DNA of 28,300 nucleotides from a candidate division WOR-3 bacterium (GTDB lineage Bacteria; Hydrothermota; Tepidihabitantia; Tepidihabitantales; Tepidihabitantaceae). Location of the stretch: the NCBI GenBank assembly GCA_965649205.1, contig CBFGJV010000024.1, forward strand, positions 1 through 28,300, in the 5' to 3' direction. A program made the position numbers and the translations under genes. Position 1 is the stretch's first letter. Each line of letters begins with the position of its first letter. Below, piece after piece: positions 1-9,329 of the stretch. The notes under the pieces were generated by a model. That model was not told where the DNA came from. It did no database searches and worked only from the letters and a program-made list of their open reading frames with translations.

Positions 1-3000
1 GCTTCCCGGCTTCCGTCCCGTACAACGGCAGTCCGCGCAATGCAGTCGTCTGCCAGCTGTCACCCTGCAAGTCATACCGGAACATGTAGTGGAACGAGTC
101 ACCTACCACATTCGCCTGATGCGCATACAGATAACGACCCTTGTTGTACACCACGAAGGAACCGGCTCCGTATTTCCTCTTGTTCCCACCATACGGCGCG
201 CTGTCCAGCATCGCCCATTCGCCACGCTCCACATCAAACCGGTAGAACGCTGTCTTGCCGCCCGCCAATAGATACACATACTCCTTGCCACCACGCTTCA
301 CATACGCCATGTCGTTGCCGCCCTTTATCTTCACCGGCACACGCGTCAAAGTGTCCCACTTGCCGTCTTCCACCCGATAACGCCAGAACCCCTGCGTACT
401 ATTCCCCTTGAGTACATACAGATAGTCTTTTCCATCCGTCACTGCCCGGCTGCCTTTGGACACCAGCTTGGCCTTACCTGTCGCAGGCTCCACATCCGGT
501 ATCGGAGAAAGTATCACCCAACTGTCCTTTTCCGGATAGTACTTGTAAAAGTCGCTCGTCTTATTGCCCTTGGCCGCATAGATTACCTTGCCAGTGCCAG
601 CATTGTCCGGACCTGTGACCAGCCACGCTCCGGCCTTCGGCGCCTTGGTAGTGGTCGGCTCCTGCGGCAGAGAATTAACTGTCACCCAGCCCTTCTCCCA
701 CGCCGGCGTCTCCACCTGCGTAGTAAACTGGGCTGTGGCTGAAAGCGTCACTCCGCCCGGACCCCAGGCCGCTACGTACCAGCTGTAAGTCGTGCTGCCC
801 GCCAGACCTGAATACGGATACTGGGTATTCTTGCCCGCATTGCCGTATCGCTCAGGCGTGCCTGCGCCCAGCCACACCACGTAGGAATCAACCGGCGCGC
901 CGAACGCAAGGAACGGTTCCCAGGTCAGAACTCCAGACCTTGCCACATCTTCCTGCTGATTAGGACTCAGATTGGTCGGAGCCGGTGGAACATCCGCAGT
1001 CGTGAAGCCAAACGGACCATTGAGAGACCACTTTTCACCATCAGACTCCAAAACAGCCTTCACATTCCAGCTATAGGCGGTATTGTTCTCGAGCAGCTCA
1101 GGAAGGTCGTAAATCCACTTAGGCTCAGTCAAACCCTCCTTCACCTTCTCCAACGCACCAGGCAGACCCAGCCATACCTCATAACTGGCCGCATCACCAG
1201 GGTTCGCATCCTCCCACTGGAACACAATGCCCCTCACCGGCAGATCAACCGCTCCGCCCTCAGGCGCAAGTAGGCTGAAGTCCGCAAGCGGTTGTTCCTG
1301 AGTCGTGAACGACCGCGGACCGTTCAACGCCCACTTCTCAACTCCACCCCTTATCGCCTTCACGTTCCACTCATAACCCGTGCTGTATGCCAGCGGCTCT
1401 GCCAAATCATAGGTCCAGCTGGGCTCGGTCAAACCTTCCTTCACCTTCACCAGCTCGCCAGGCAGACCCAGCCACACCTCATAGCTCGCCGCATCACCAG
1501 GATTCGCATCCTCCCAGGCAAATTGAATGCCCGTGACCGGCTGATTCTCCGCACCAGCTTCAGGCGTCAGCAAACTGAAATCTGCCGGCGGCGCCTCTAT
1601 CGTCGTAAACGACCGCGGACCGTTCAACGCCCACTTCTCAACTCCACCCCTTATCGCCTTCACATTCCACTCATAACCCGTGCTGTATGCCAGCGGCTCT
1701 GCCAAATCATAGGTCCAGCTGGGCTCGGTCAAACCCTCCTTCACCTTCACCAGCTCGCCAGGTAGACCCAGCCACACCTCATAGCTCGCCGCATCACCAG
1801 GATTCGCATCCTCCCAGGTAAACTGAATACCCGTAACAGGCTGACTCTCCGCTCCCGCAGAAGGCGTCAGCAAACTGAAATCTGCAGGCGGCGCCTCTAT
1901 CGTCGTAAACGACCGCGGACCGTTCAACGCCCACTTCTCAACTCCACCCCTTATCGCCTTCACATTCCACTCATAACCCGTGCTGTACGCCAGCGGCTCT
2001 GCCAAGTCATAAGTCCAGCCGGGCTCGCTCAAACCTTCCTTCACCTTCACCAACTCGCCAGGCAGACCCAGCCATACCTCGTAACTCGCCGCATCACCAG
2101 GATTCGCATCCTCCCAGGTAAACTGAATACCCGTAACAGGCTGATTCTCCGCACCCGCAGAAGGCGTCAGCAAACTGAAATCTGCCGGCGGTAGCGCAAC
2201 CTCAAACCCGTTTGGCAAAACACCTGTGCCCACAACCGTGGTGACGGAGACATCACGCGGTCCCGGTTCTGCGGCCGGGTCAATGGTCACATTTGCCGTA
2301 ATTGAGGTGGGGCTGACCACAGTATAGGAGTTGACAGTTACTCCCGCGCCAAAACTTACCGCAGAAACGGAATAGAAATCGTTGCCGCTGATAGTGACGT
2401 TTCCCGTCCATCCTGGCGTGCGCTCGCTGGGACTTGCACCACTGACAGTAGGCACAGGCTGCGCTACATCGTTTACCCGCCAAGCGCGTAGGTGGAAGTT
2501 ATTATCCAATACATGGATCCAACCCGGCGTTCTGGCTATGTTGTGGCCGATGTAGTTACCGCTTCCACTAACTCCAGTCCAGGTGTGAACAAGAGCTCCG
2601 TTAGCCGCGTTCAGAGTCCACAACTTGTGCGTAAAAGTACTGCCACCGGTATTAACTCCGCCGGCGACATAGAGTCTCTTCTGGGTGCCATATGTAGTTA
2701 CTGCTAAACCACCGTTTGTGACGCTATTGCTGGCAACGCTCGTGTTCGCCCAGGCTTGCGCGCCGGTCGCCTGCGAGTACGCATATGCCCGCAACGGATT
2801 GGCACCGTTGGTATTGCAGGCAACATACACCTTGTCTTCGTCGGCAGCAGGTTGGGCAAAATTAGTGCAGTATGCCACCGGACCAACTGCCCAGAGCTGA
2901 CTGCCGTCTGACGCTTTCCTGCCGTACAAATAAAACCTGTCTGCTGAGGCATTATTCGCCAAGACGAATACGCGCCCGGCATTATATATGACTCTGGCGT

Positions 3001-3844
3001 AAATGACATAGCCAGAAGGCAATCCTGACCACTCCCAATTCAGAGTCAAATTGGGCCCGGGCACATTGGGTGTTGCCTTGACGCATTTGTTCGTAGCGGC
3101 GAAATAGAGAGACACACCATCAGTTGCCGGGCCACCCCAACCACAGGTGGTAGCGCCAGAAACGAGCCAGTTGTAATCACATTGGCCGTTGTCCAGGCGA
3201 AACCCATACACCCTCAGTGTTGATCCATTCCCACCAACAAAAAAGGCGTAAGGAACACCATCTACCACCAGAGGAATCGGACGCGTGTAGGCAGGGGTAA
3301 TGGTCTGACTGGGAACTGGCGACGTCCATAGCAGTCCACCATCTGACAATCGAACGCAGCAAACATTGCAGTTGCTGGGGGATGCTCCGGTCGCCTCGGG
3401 CATCACTACTACTACTCTGTCTTCCCAAATCAGAGGCTGGCTTGGCCAAGCTGCGCCAGGCGTTATTGCATAAGGTCTTGCATTCCAGGCCGGGCTTCCG
3501 TCCGCAATGTTGTATGCACGGATATATCCGTCGTCGCTCGCGGTAATCACCAGGTTATCCGACACAGAAACGTCGGTCCAGTATTGGGTTCCTTTGGTGG
3601 CAATTCCGGTAACAGTGTATGCATAGACCGGATCACCCTGCGGTTCAACCGGCACCGCACACGTCTGCCTCGGTTCTTTGCCAAAATAGGGCCAGTCATA
3701 CACAGTGGGAGCATCTGTAACGGGCATTCCCTCTGTTATAGAACTGGCTTCTTCCAGCGAAGTTACGGAGTCTTTTGCTAATCCGACTCGTACCCCTACG
3801 GACAAACCAGCTACGAGGACAAACGTGCAGACGAATCTATACAT
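1..3844 (-). CDS. Large secreted multidomain protein, partial (3' end outside window): signal peptide, PQQ/BamB-like beta-propeller, IPT/TIG Ig domain, 4-5 FN3-like repeats, kelch-like beta-propeller
   Basis: Manual translation from ATG at 3844 (SD AAGGAGG at 3850-3856): MYRFVCTFVLVAGLSVGVRVGLA... It stays open to the window edge (...LPLYGTEAGK). Propeller-type motifs AYNIADGSPAW, VRLSDGGLLW, KASDGSQLW, SQATGAQAW; IPT-like PTVSGASPS...VTISGNDF...VSFG; kelch-like IYAAKGNKTSDFYKY, LYVLKGNSTQGFWRY. Absent from the ORF track because there is no stop in the window. Confidence 0.88.
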   Translation of the reverse strand, partial: MYRFVCTFVLVAGLSVGVRVGLAKDSVTSLEEASSITEGMPVTDAPTVYDWPYFGKEPRQTCAVPVEPQGDPVYAYTVTGIATKGTQYWTDVSVSDNLVITASDDGYIRAYNIADGSPAWNARPYAITPGAAWPSQPLIWEDRVVVVMPEATGASPSNCNVCCVRLSDGGLLWTSPVPSQTITPAYTRPIPLVVDGVPYAFFVGGNGSTLRVYGFRLDNGQCDYNWLVSGATTCGWGGPATDGVSLYFAATNKCVKATPNVPGPNLTLNWEWSGLPSGYVIYARVIYNAGRVFVLANNASADRFYLYGRKASDGSQLWAVGPVAYCTNFAQPAADEDKVYVACNTNGANPLRAYAYSQATGAQAWANTSVASNSVTNGGLAVTTYGTQKRLYVAGGVNTGGSTFTHKLWTLNAANGALVHTWTGVSGSGNYIGHNIARTPGWIHVLDNNFHLRAWRVNDVAQPVPTVSGASPSERTPGWTGNVTISGNDFYSVSAVSFGAGVTVNSYTVVSPTSITANVTIDPAAEPGPRDVSVTTVVGTGVLPNGFEVALPPADFSLLTPSAGAENQPVTGIQFTWEDANPGDAASYEVWLGLPGELVKVKEGLSEPGWTYDLAEPLAYSTGYEWNVKAIRGGVEKWALNGPRSFTTIEAPPADFSLLTPSAGAESQPVTGIQFTWEDANPGDAASYEVWLGLPGELVKVKEGLTEPSWTYDLAEPLAYSTGYEWNVKAIRGGVEKWALNGPRSFTTIEAPPADFSLLTPEAGAENQPVTGIQFAWEDANPGDAASYEVWLGLPGELVKVKEGLTEPSWTYDLAEPLAYSTGYEWNVKAIRGGVEKWALNGPRSFTTQEQPLADFSLLAPEGGAVDLPVRGIVFQWEDANPGDAASYEVWLGLPGALEKVKEGLTEPKWIYDLPELLENNTAYSWNVKAVLESDGEKWSLNGPFGFTTADVPPAPTNLSPNQQEDVARSGVLTWEPFLAFGAPVDSYVVWLGAGTPERYGNAGKNTQYPYSGLAGSTTYSWYVAAWGPGGVTLSATAQFTTQVETPAWEKGWVTVNSLPQEPTTTKAPKAGAWLVTGPDNAGTGKVIYAAKGNKTSDFYKYYPEKDSWVILSPIPDVEPATGKAKLVSKGSRAVTDGKDYLYVLKGNSTQGFWRYRVEDGKWDTLTRVPVKIKGGNDMAYVKRGGKEYVYLLAGGKTAFYRFDVERGEWAMLDSAPYGGNKRKYGAGSFVVYNKGRYLYAHQANVVGDSFHYMFRYDLQGDSWQTTALRGLPLYGTEAGK
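989..2191 (-). repeat. Intragenic tandem repeat: three near-identical 300-bp units (1292-1591, 1592-1891, 1892-2191) plus a diverged 303-bp unit (989-1291), each about 100 aa and FN3-like
   Basis: Lines starting at 1321, 1621 and 1921 all begin cgttcaacgcccacttctcaactccacccc (period 300). Protein unit PADFSLLTP...FTWEDANPGDAASYEVWLG...YEWNVKA...GPRSFTT. Confidence 0.97.
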
Positions 3845-4013
3845 GGACGCCTCCTTGTTTAGTTGTTTCTAAAGGAACAAGTGCCGAACCTAAAGAACGT
3901 AAGCCCGATCGGTTGCGATAAACGCCCCAAGGGCGAAAAACACGCGGCACGGTCCACCGGGCGGCCAAGATAGGCAAGACTGCTGCTTTTGCGGACCAGC
4001 ACTTTCTCTGCAT
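3837..4013 (-). CDS. Putative 58-aa upstream ORF/leader peptide overlapping the start of the large gene
   Basis: AAGGAGG (about 4018-4024) closely precedes ATG at 4013; MQRKCWSAKAAVLPILAARW...GGVHV*; stop overlaps the downstream ATG (ATGTATAG). No recognisable homology. Confidence 0.4.
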   Translation of the reverse strand: MQRKCWSAKAAVLPILAARWTVPRVFRPWGVYRNRSGLRSLGSALVPLETTKQGGVHV

Positions 4014-4163
4014 ACTTCCTCCTTTTGCGGCTACATTGCTTTGTGCCGTCCTAGCAAGCAACTGAACTGATCTCTATGCAAACCTGCTCAGAATACCCCA
4101 CACTGAACTGATTTTGGGGCAAACTGCCAGAGGTCTGAGCAGGCGCGTTTTTCGGCTCAGTCT

Positions 4164-4191
4164 AGTATACCCCCCTACCGGCCCATGTCAA
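4164..4191 (-). promoter_or_regulatory. Sigma70-type promoter for the large secreted protein gene
   Basis: TTGACA (4186-4191)-N16-TATACT (4164-4169) on the minus strand. Confidence 0.75.
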
Positions 4192-4282
4192 GAAAAGCTA
4201 ATTACCCAACGAAATCTATAAAGCTAGTAACCGCTTCTCCCGTTTCGGCAGGCAAAACCTGCTGGTTGCTGGAGCCAGAAAC

Positions 4283-4310
4283 TTGACGCCCGTAGCTCGG
4301 CCTCTATAAT
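4283..4310 (+). promoter_or_regulatory. Sigma70-type promoter for the oxidoreductase operon
   Basis: TTGACG (4283-4288)-N16-TATAAT (4305-4310), 13 nt upstream of ATG 4324. Confidence 0.75.
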
Positions 4311-4323
4311 CAGTGTCCCGAAG

Positions 4324-4602
4324 ATGAAATACTGGCGCAAACCCCTGGATGCAGACCGATGCAAGCCGCCTCGCGGCAAGGTCCACATCATCATTGACCG
4401 CTGCAAAGGATGCGGTTTCTGTATCACCTATTGTCCAAAACAGGTTCTGGAATTTTCTTCAGACTTCAATCGCAAGGGCTACCATCCGCCGGTGGTAAAA
4501 AACCCGGAAGCCTGCGTCAACTGCGGCCTGTGCGAAATACTGTGTCCGGAGTTTGCTATTTGGACTACCGAAGACAAGGAGTGTACGGTTGAGCAGGGCT
4601 AA
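4324..4602 (+). CDS. korD: 2-oxoacid:ferredoxin oxidoreductase delta subunit (2x[4Fe-4S] ferredoxin)
   Basis: CKGCGFCITYCP and CVNCGLCEILCP motifs; first gene of a delta-alpha-beta-gamma operon. Confidence 0.88.
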   Translation: MKYWRKPLDADRCKPPRGKVHIIIDRCKGCGFCITYCPKQVLEFSSDFNRKGYHPPVVKNPEACVNCGLCEILCPEFAIWTTEDKECTVEQG

Positions 4603-5758
4603 TCCGGCCGTGCTCACCGGCCCACACTACTGGGACGGCGATTATGCCTGCGCCGAAGGCGCTATTGCCGCCGGCTGCCGTTTTATGGCCGGGTATCCTA
4701 TAACCCCTTCCACCGAAGTAGCAGAAAGGCTGGCCGAGCGTTTCCCTCTGGTCGGAGGCATCTTTATTCAGATGGAGGACGAGCTGGCTTCCATGGCCGC
4801 AGTTCTGGGCGCGTCCTGGGCCGGAACTAAGTCTCTGACCGTGACTTCCGGACCGGGCTTTTCGCTGATGCAGGAAAATATAGGCCTGGGGATTATGACC
4901 GAGACTCCCTGTGTGGTGGTAAATGTGCAACGTGGAGGTCCTTCCACCGGCCTGCCCACCCTCACCGGCCAGCAGGATATGATGCAGGCCCGCTGGGGGT
5001 CTCACGGCGATTATGAAATAATCGCCCTCTGTCCCTGCTCACCGCAGGAATGTTTCGACCTGACTATTACTGCCTTCAATCTGTCCGAGCGCTATCGTCT
5101 GCCTGTTCTGCTGATGATGGACGAGTGCGTGGGACATATGACAGAGAAAGTTATTGTGCCCCCAGCAGAAAAGCTGGAAGTATGGCCCCGGCGCTGGTAT
5201 CGCGGACCCAAAGACAAGTATCGCCCCTATCTGCCAGATGTCGACCTGGTACCGGCTATGGTAAGAGCCGGCGACGACTACCGGTTTCACATCACCGGAC
5301 TTACCCACGATGAGCGCGGATATCCGGTCATCAACGCGGAATGTCAGCATATGTGCGTTAGCCGTCTTGCCGACAAGATAAGGAAGAACGCAAATCAGAT
5401 CATCCGCCTGGAAGAAGAACAGACCGAGGATGCAGAGGTGGTAGTAGTATCATACGGTATCAGCTATCGGGTGGCAACCAAGGCGATTGCCGACGCCCGG
5501 GCCAGAGGCAAGAAAGTGGGTTCCCTGCGCCTGATAACTGTGTGGCCATTTCCGGAGCAACGCATTTATGAACTGGCGCAGCACGTTAAGTGTCTGGTAA
5601 TGCCGGAAATCAATCTGGGACAGGTATTTCGGGAACTGGAAAGAGCCGCCCGCGGGCAATGCCGCACCATACTTGTGCCTCACTGCGGCGGCTGGGTGCA
5701 CGACCCGGAAGACATCCTTGAAGCAATCATGCGGGGAGCAGAAGGAGCTGCCGACTGA
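4589..5758 (+). CDS. korA: 2-oxoacid (probably 2-oxoglutarate):ferredoxin oxidoreductase alpha subunit
   Basis: GYPITPS, QMEDE, TSGPGFSLMQE, VQRGGPSTGLPT motifs. Start moved to TTG 4589, behind SD AAGGAG 4576-4581. Confidence 0.92.
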   Translation: MSRANPAVLTGPHYWDGDYACAEGAIAAGCRFMAGYPITPSTEVAERLAERFPLVGGIFIQMEDELASMAAVLGASWAGTKSLTVTSGPGFSLMQENIGLGIMTETPCVVVNVQRGGPSTGLPTLTGQQDMMQARWGSHGDYEIIALCPCSPQECFDLTITAFNLSERYRLPVLLMMDECVGHMTEKVIVPPAEKLEVWPRRWYRGPKDKYRPYLPDVDLVPAMVRAGDDYRFHITGLTHDERGYPVINAECQHMCVSRLADKIRKNANQIIRLEEEQTEDAEVVVVSYGISYRVATKAIADARARGKKVGSLRLITVWPFPEQRIYELAQHVKCLVMPEINLGQVFRELERAARGQCRTILVPHCGGWVHDPEDILEAIMRGAEGAAD

Positions 5759-6687
5759 TGGGCGAAACTGGCGTGCCCCTTTCTCAGCCGGAACTTGCCC
5801 AGTCTGAACGCCATCCGCTGGAAGAATATCTGCGCATGGACCGCATCCCGCACATCTGGTGCTCCACCTGCGGGCTGGGGACAGTACTGAATACTTTTAT
5901 CACCGCCATAACCCGTTCCGGCATTCCCCGCCAGGATATTACCGTGGTTTCGGGCATCGGTTGCACCGGCCGCACCGCCGGCTATGTGTATCTGGATTCT
6001 TTTCATACGACTCATGGTCGCGCCCTGCCTTTTGCCACCGGTCTGAAGCTGGCCAATCCCAAACTGAAGGTAGTGGTCATATCTGGGGACGGCGACCTGA
6101 TTGCCATCGGCGGTAATCATCTGATTCATTCTGCCCGGCGCAACCTAGACCTCACGGTCATCTGTGTCAATAATTTCAACTACGCCATGACCGGTGGTCA
6201 GTTTGGCCCCACTACTCCTCAGACTGCACGCACCACTACCGCGCCTTATGGCAGTTTTGAACATCCTTTCAATGTGCCGTTTCTGGTAGATTCCTGCGGC
6301 GCCACATATGTGGCGCGCTGGACCGCGCTGCACGTGCGCCATCTGACCCAGGCTTTCCAGGAGGCGCTGTTACACAGGGGGTTCAGTTTCATAGAAATCA
6401 TCTCGCCCTGTCCGACCGTATATGCCCGGCGCAACCGACTAGGCTCTGGTCTGGATCTTTTGCAGTTCTACCGGGATAATTCCGTCATAAAGAACAACAT
6501 AGACACGCGCGAATGCGATATACGATTCCAGGAAAAGCTGATAGTGGGTAAGTTTGTGCAGAAGGAAAAGCCCACCTACGAAGAAATGATGCACACCCAT
6601 CTACGCCAGGAGCTCGGGAACAGGTATGTGCCCTACGCGGGTCCTATGAGTCCGGATGATTCTCTAGCAGAAGAAAGGACATCCTGA
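5758..6687 (+). CDS. korB: 2-oxoacid:ferredoxin oxidoreductase beta subunit (TPP-binding)
   Basis: WCSTCG, SGIGC, HGRALPFATG, GDGD...NN TPP motif, MTGGQ, SPCPT; TGATG overlap with the alpha gene. Confidence 0.93.
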   Translation: MGETGVPLSQPELAQSERHPLEEYLRMDRIPHIWCSTCGLGTVLNTFITAITRSGIPRQDITVVSGIGCTGRTAGYVYLDSFHTTHGRALPFATGLKLANPKLKVVVISGDGDLIAIGGNHLIHSARRNLDLTVICVNNFNYAMTGGQFGPTTPQTARTTTAPYGSFEHPFNVPFLVDSCGATYVARWTALHVRHLTQAFQEALLHRGFSFIEIISPCPTVYARRNRLGSGLDLLQFYRDNSVIKNNIDTRECDIRFQEKLIVGKFVQKEKPTYEEMMHTHLRQELGNRYVPYAGPMSPDDSLAEERTS

Positions 6688-7232
6688 TGGAAATAAGACT
6701 TTCGGGTTTCGGTGGACAGGGCATCATCAGAATGGGGCTCATTCTAGGGCGGGCAGTTTCTATTTTTGACAACCGCAACGCCACCCTTACCCAGAGCTTT
6801 GGTCCGGAAGCGCGGGGAGGCGCCTGCTCGGCTCAACTGGTAGTGTCAGACCAGCCGGTACTTTACCCCTACCTTACCCGACCGGAAATACTGGTAGCTA
6901 TGTCGCAGGAAGCATACGACAAGTTCGAGCCGGAGCTGGCGCCGGACGGCACCTTGCTCATAGAAGAGGAACTGGTGCGGGCTCATCCTCCCCGCGACCA
7001 GATTCGCCAGTATGGAATTGCCGCTACCCGTCTCGGCGAACAATTGGGCAACCGGATGTATGCCAATATGGTGATGCTCGGATTTATGAACGCCATAGCC
7101 CGCATCGTACCTCAGGAAGCACTGCGCCGCGCTTTGGACGGAATGGTGCCAAGCCGACTGCTGGCCCAGAATCTTGCCGCTCTGGAAAAAGGCTATGAAA
7201 TCGGCCTGGCCAAAATAACCCCGAACCGTTGA
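6687..7232 (+). CDS. korC: 2-oxoacid:ferredoxin oxidoreductase gamma subunit
   Basis: EIRLSGFGGQG, FGPEARGG, NMVMLG motifs; TGATG overlap. Confidence 0.92.
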   Translation: MEIRLSGFGGQGIIRMGLILGRAVSIFDNRNATLTQSFGPEARGGACSAQLVVSDQPVLYPYLTRPEILVAMSQEAYDKFEPELAPDGTLLIEEELVRAHPPRDQIRQYGIAATRLGEQLGNRMYANMVMLGFMNAIARIVPQEALRRALDGMVPSRLLAQNLAALEKGYEIGLAKITPNR

Positions 7233-7252
7233 AAGAACCGTCCTTTTTTTCG

Positions 7253-8128
7253 CTATAGTCTGGCTTTGAGTTTATCCGCCAGTTCCTGCGGTTCGTAGAT
7301 TACTTCAATACCTGCGGACTGAAATGCTCTTATCTTGTCCTGAGCTGTGCCTGCACCGCCGGAGATTATGGCTCCCGCGTGTCCCATTCTCTTGCCCTCA
7401 GGCGCAGTCTGACCGGCAATAAATCCGAAAACAGGCTTGCGCACGCAGGCTTTTACATACTCGGCCGCCTTTTCTTCGTCTGTGCCGCCAATCTCGCCCA
7501 CGAGTACTATCGCTTCAGTCGCGGGGTCGGCGTTGAACATTTCCAGACAATCCAGAAAAGTGGTGCCCACGACCGGGTCTCCGCCAATGCCCACTACTGT
7601 GGATTGACCAAAATCTCCCGTATTTGCCGCAATTTCGTAAGTTAGTGTTCCGGAGCGAGATACCACGCCCACACAACCCGGTTTGAAGTTGGCTGCAGGC
7701 ATAATGCCTACTTTTGCCTGGCCGGGAGAAATCACGCCCGGACAGTTCGGACCCAGAATCCTTGTCTTTCTTTCGCCTTTCGCCTGTCTTTGCGCGTAGT
7801 CCAGGGCTTTCACCATATCCAGAGTAGGCACTCCTTCACTGATACACACCACCAGCACCAAGCCAGCAGCCACGGCCTCGCAGATGGCGTCTGCGGCGAA
7901 AGCGGCGGGCACAAAGATGATACTAGTATCGGCTCCTGTATCTTTTACCGCGGCTTCCACCGAATCATAAACCGGCACCCCTTCTACCAGCTGACCGCCT
8001 TTGCCCGGAGTCACACCCGCTACCACCTGTGTGCCCGCTTCCTTCATCGCCCGGGTGTGGAACGCACCGTCCCGACCGGTAATGCCCTGCACCAGTACTC
8101 GTACATTCTTGTCTATCAGAATACTCAC
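7253..8128 (-). CDS. sucD: Succinyl-CoA synthetase alpha subunit
   Basis: [41 protein letters not shown] (phospho-His). Confidence 0.96.
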   Translation of the reverse strand: MSILIDKNVRVLVQGITGRDGAFHTRAMKEAGTQVVAGVTPGKGGQLVEGVPVYDSVEAAVKDTGADTSIIFVPAAFAADAICEAVAAGLVLVVCISEGVPTLDMVKALDYAQRQAKGERKTRILGPNCPGVISPGQAKVGIMPAANFKPGCVGVVSRSGTLTYEIAANTGDFGQSTVVGIGGDPVVGTTFLDCLEMFNADPATEAIVLVGEIGGTDEEKAAEYVKACVRKPVFGFIAGQTAPEGKRMGHAGAIISGGAGTAQDKIRAFQSAGIEVIYEPQELADKLKARL

Positions 8129-9264
8129 TTTCCACCTCCTGCCAGGACCACAGCCTTTTTCACCGCCTCGCTCATAGTGGCGGCGGGCACAACTTCTGTA
8201 TTCTGCAATATGGCGCGGGCCAAATCTGCATTGGTACCTGTCAGCCGGGCAACCACGGGTACGCGGATGTCTGCCTGTTTTTTGGCCTCCAGCAACCCCC
8301 GAGCAATGTCATCGCAGCGCGTTATGCCGCCAAAGATGTTAACCAGAATGACCTTGACGCTGGGGTCAGATAGAATAATCCGCATGGCTGTGGCCATCTT
8401 CTCCGGCGAAGACGAACCGCCCACATCCAGAAAATTTGCCGGTTCTCCTCCATAGCGCTTAATGAGGTCCATAGTAGCCATAGCCAGACCGGCGCCGTTG
8501 ACTATACAGCCTACATTTCCCGTCAGCTTTATATAGGACAGCCCCGCCGCACGGGCCTCTATCTCCTTCGCCTCCTCGGCACTGAGGTCGCGCATCCCGG
8601 CCCACTCCCGGTGACGAAACTCAGCGTTGTCATCAAAGTTTATCTTGGCATCCAGTGCCAGCAGCGAACCAGTGGTCAGCCGCACCAACGGGTTTATCTC
8701 CGCCAGCGAGCAATCCTGCTCCCAGAACAGCCGGTACAGTCTCCGCGCCAGGTCGGCAAATTTGCGGGCCAGTTCCGCGTCCGCAAAAAGCGCCATGCCC
8801 AGATTGCGAGCCTGAAAACCCAGCAGTCCGGCTCCGGGGTCTATCTCCATCTTGAGAATTTTTTCCGGACTGGTTCTGGCCACTTCTTCTATCTCCACGC
8901 CGCCTGCCGCCGAGGCAAGCATCACCGGTTTCCGACAGCCCCGATCCACAGTAACAGCCACATAGTACTCTGCGCCGATATCCACACACTCCGAAACCAG
9001 CACCTTGCGCACAGGCAGGCCCTTGATGCTCATACCCAGTATTTCAGCCGCCTTCTGCTTTACTTCCGCTTCAGTTTCGGCCCGTTTTACGCCGCCTGCC
9101 TTGCCCCGACCTCCCAATAGCACCTGCGCCTTGATTACCACCGGCAGCCCCAGCTCCTGCGCGGCGGCAACAGCCTCATCTGGGGTTGCCGCTACCTTCT
9201 CGCGGGGTACCGGTATGCCGGCAGCGGCAAATATCTGTTTTGCCTGATATTCATGAATTTTCAT
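8125..9264 (-). CDS. sucC: Succinyl-CoA synthetase beta subunit
   Basis: [55 protein letters not shown]. Confidence 0.96.
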   Translation of the reverse strand: MKIHEYQAKQIFAAAGIPVPREKVAATPDEAVAAAQELGLPVVIKAQVLLGGRGKAGGVKRAETEAEVKQKAAEILGMSIKGLPVRKVLVSECVDIGAEYYVAVTVDRGCRKPVMLASAAGGVEIEEVARTSPEKILKMEIDPGAGLLGFQARNLGMALFADAELARKFADLARRLYRLFWEQDCSLAEINPLVRLTTGSLLALDAKINFDDNAEFRHREWAGMRDLSAEEAKEIEARAAGLSYIKLTGNVGCIVNGAGLAMATMDLIKRYGGEPANFLDVGGSSSPEKMATAMRIILSDPSVKVILVNIFGGITRCDDIARGLLEAKKQADIRVPVVARLTGTNADLARAILQNTEVVPAATMSEAVKKAVVLAGGGK

Positions 9265-9271
9265 AGCCCAG

Positions 9272-9299
9272 AATCTAGTGCGCCGACCTTGCCTGTCAA
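9272..9299 (-). promoter_or_regulatory. Sigma70-type promoter, probably giving a leaderless sucCD mRNA
   Basis: TTGACA (9294-9299)-N16-TAGATT (9272-9277), 7 nt before the ATG, no SD. Confidence 0.7.
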
Positions 9300-9329
9300 G
9301 CTGAGAAGAAAAGCCCGGGCGCTGTTACT

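Noticed and set aside
1292..2191. Repeat array as a CRISPR array or a DGR template/variable repeat
   Set aside because: Units are 300-bp in-frame coding repeats without spacers; differences are not adenine-specific; no cas or reverse transcriptase gene in the window.
40..3781. Many short ORFs in the track (e.g. 40-411, 1292-1765, 2704-3009)
   Set aside because: They are shadows of the long minus-strand gene; the internal repeat in 1292-1765 just mirrors the 300-bp DNA repeat.
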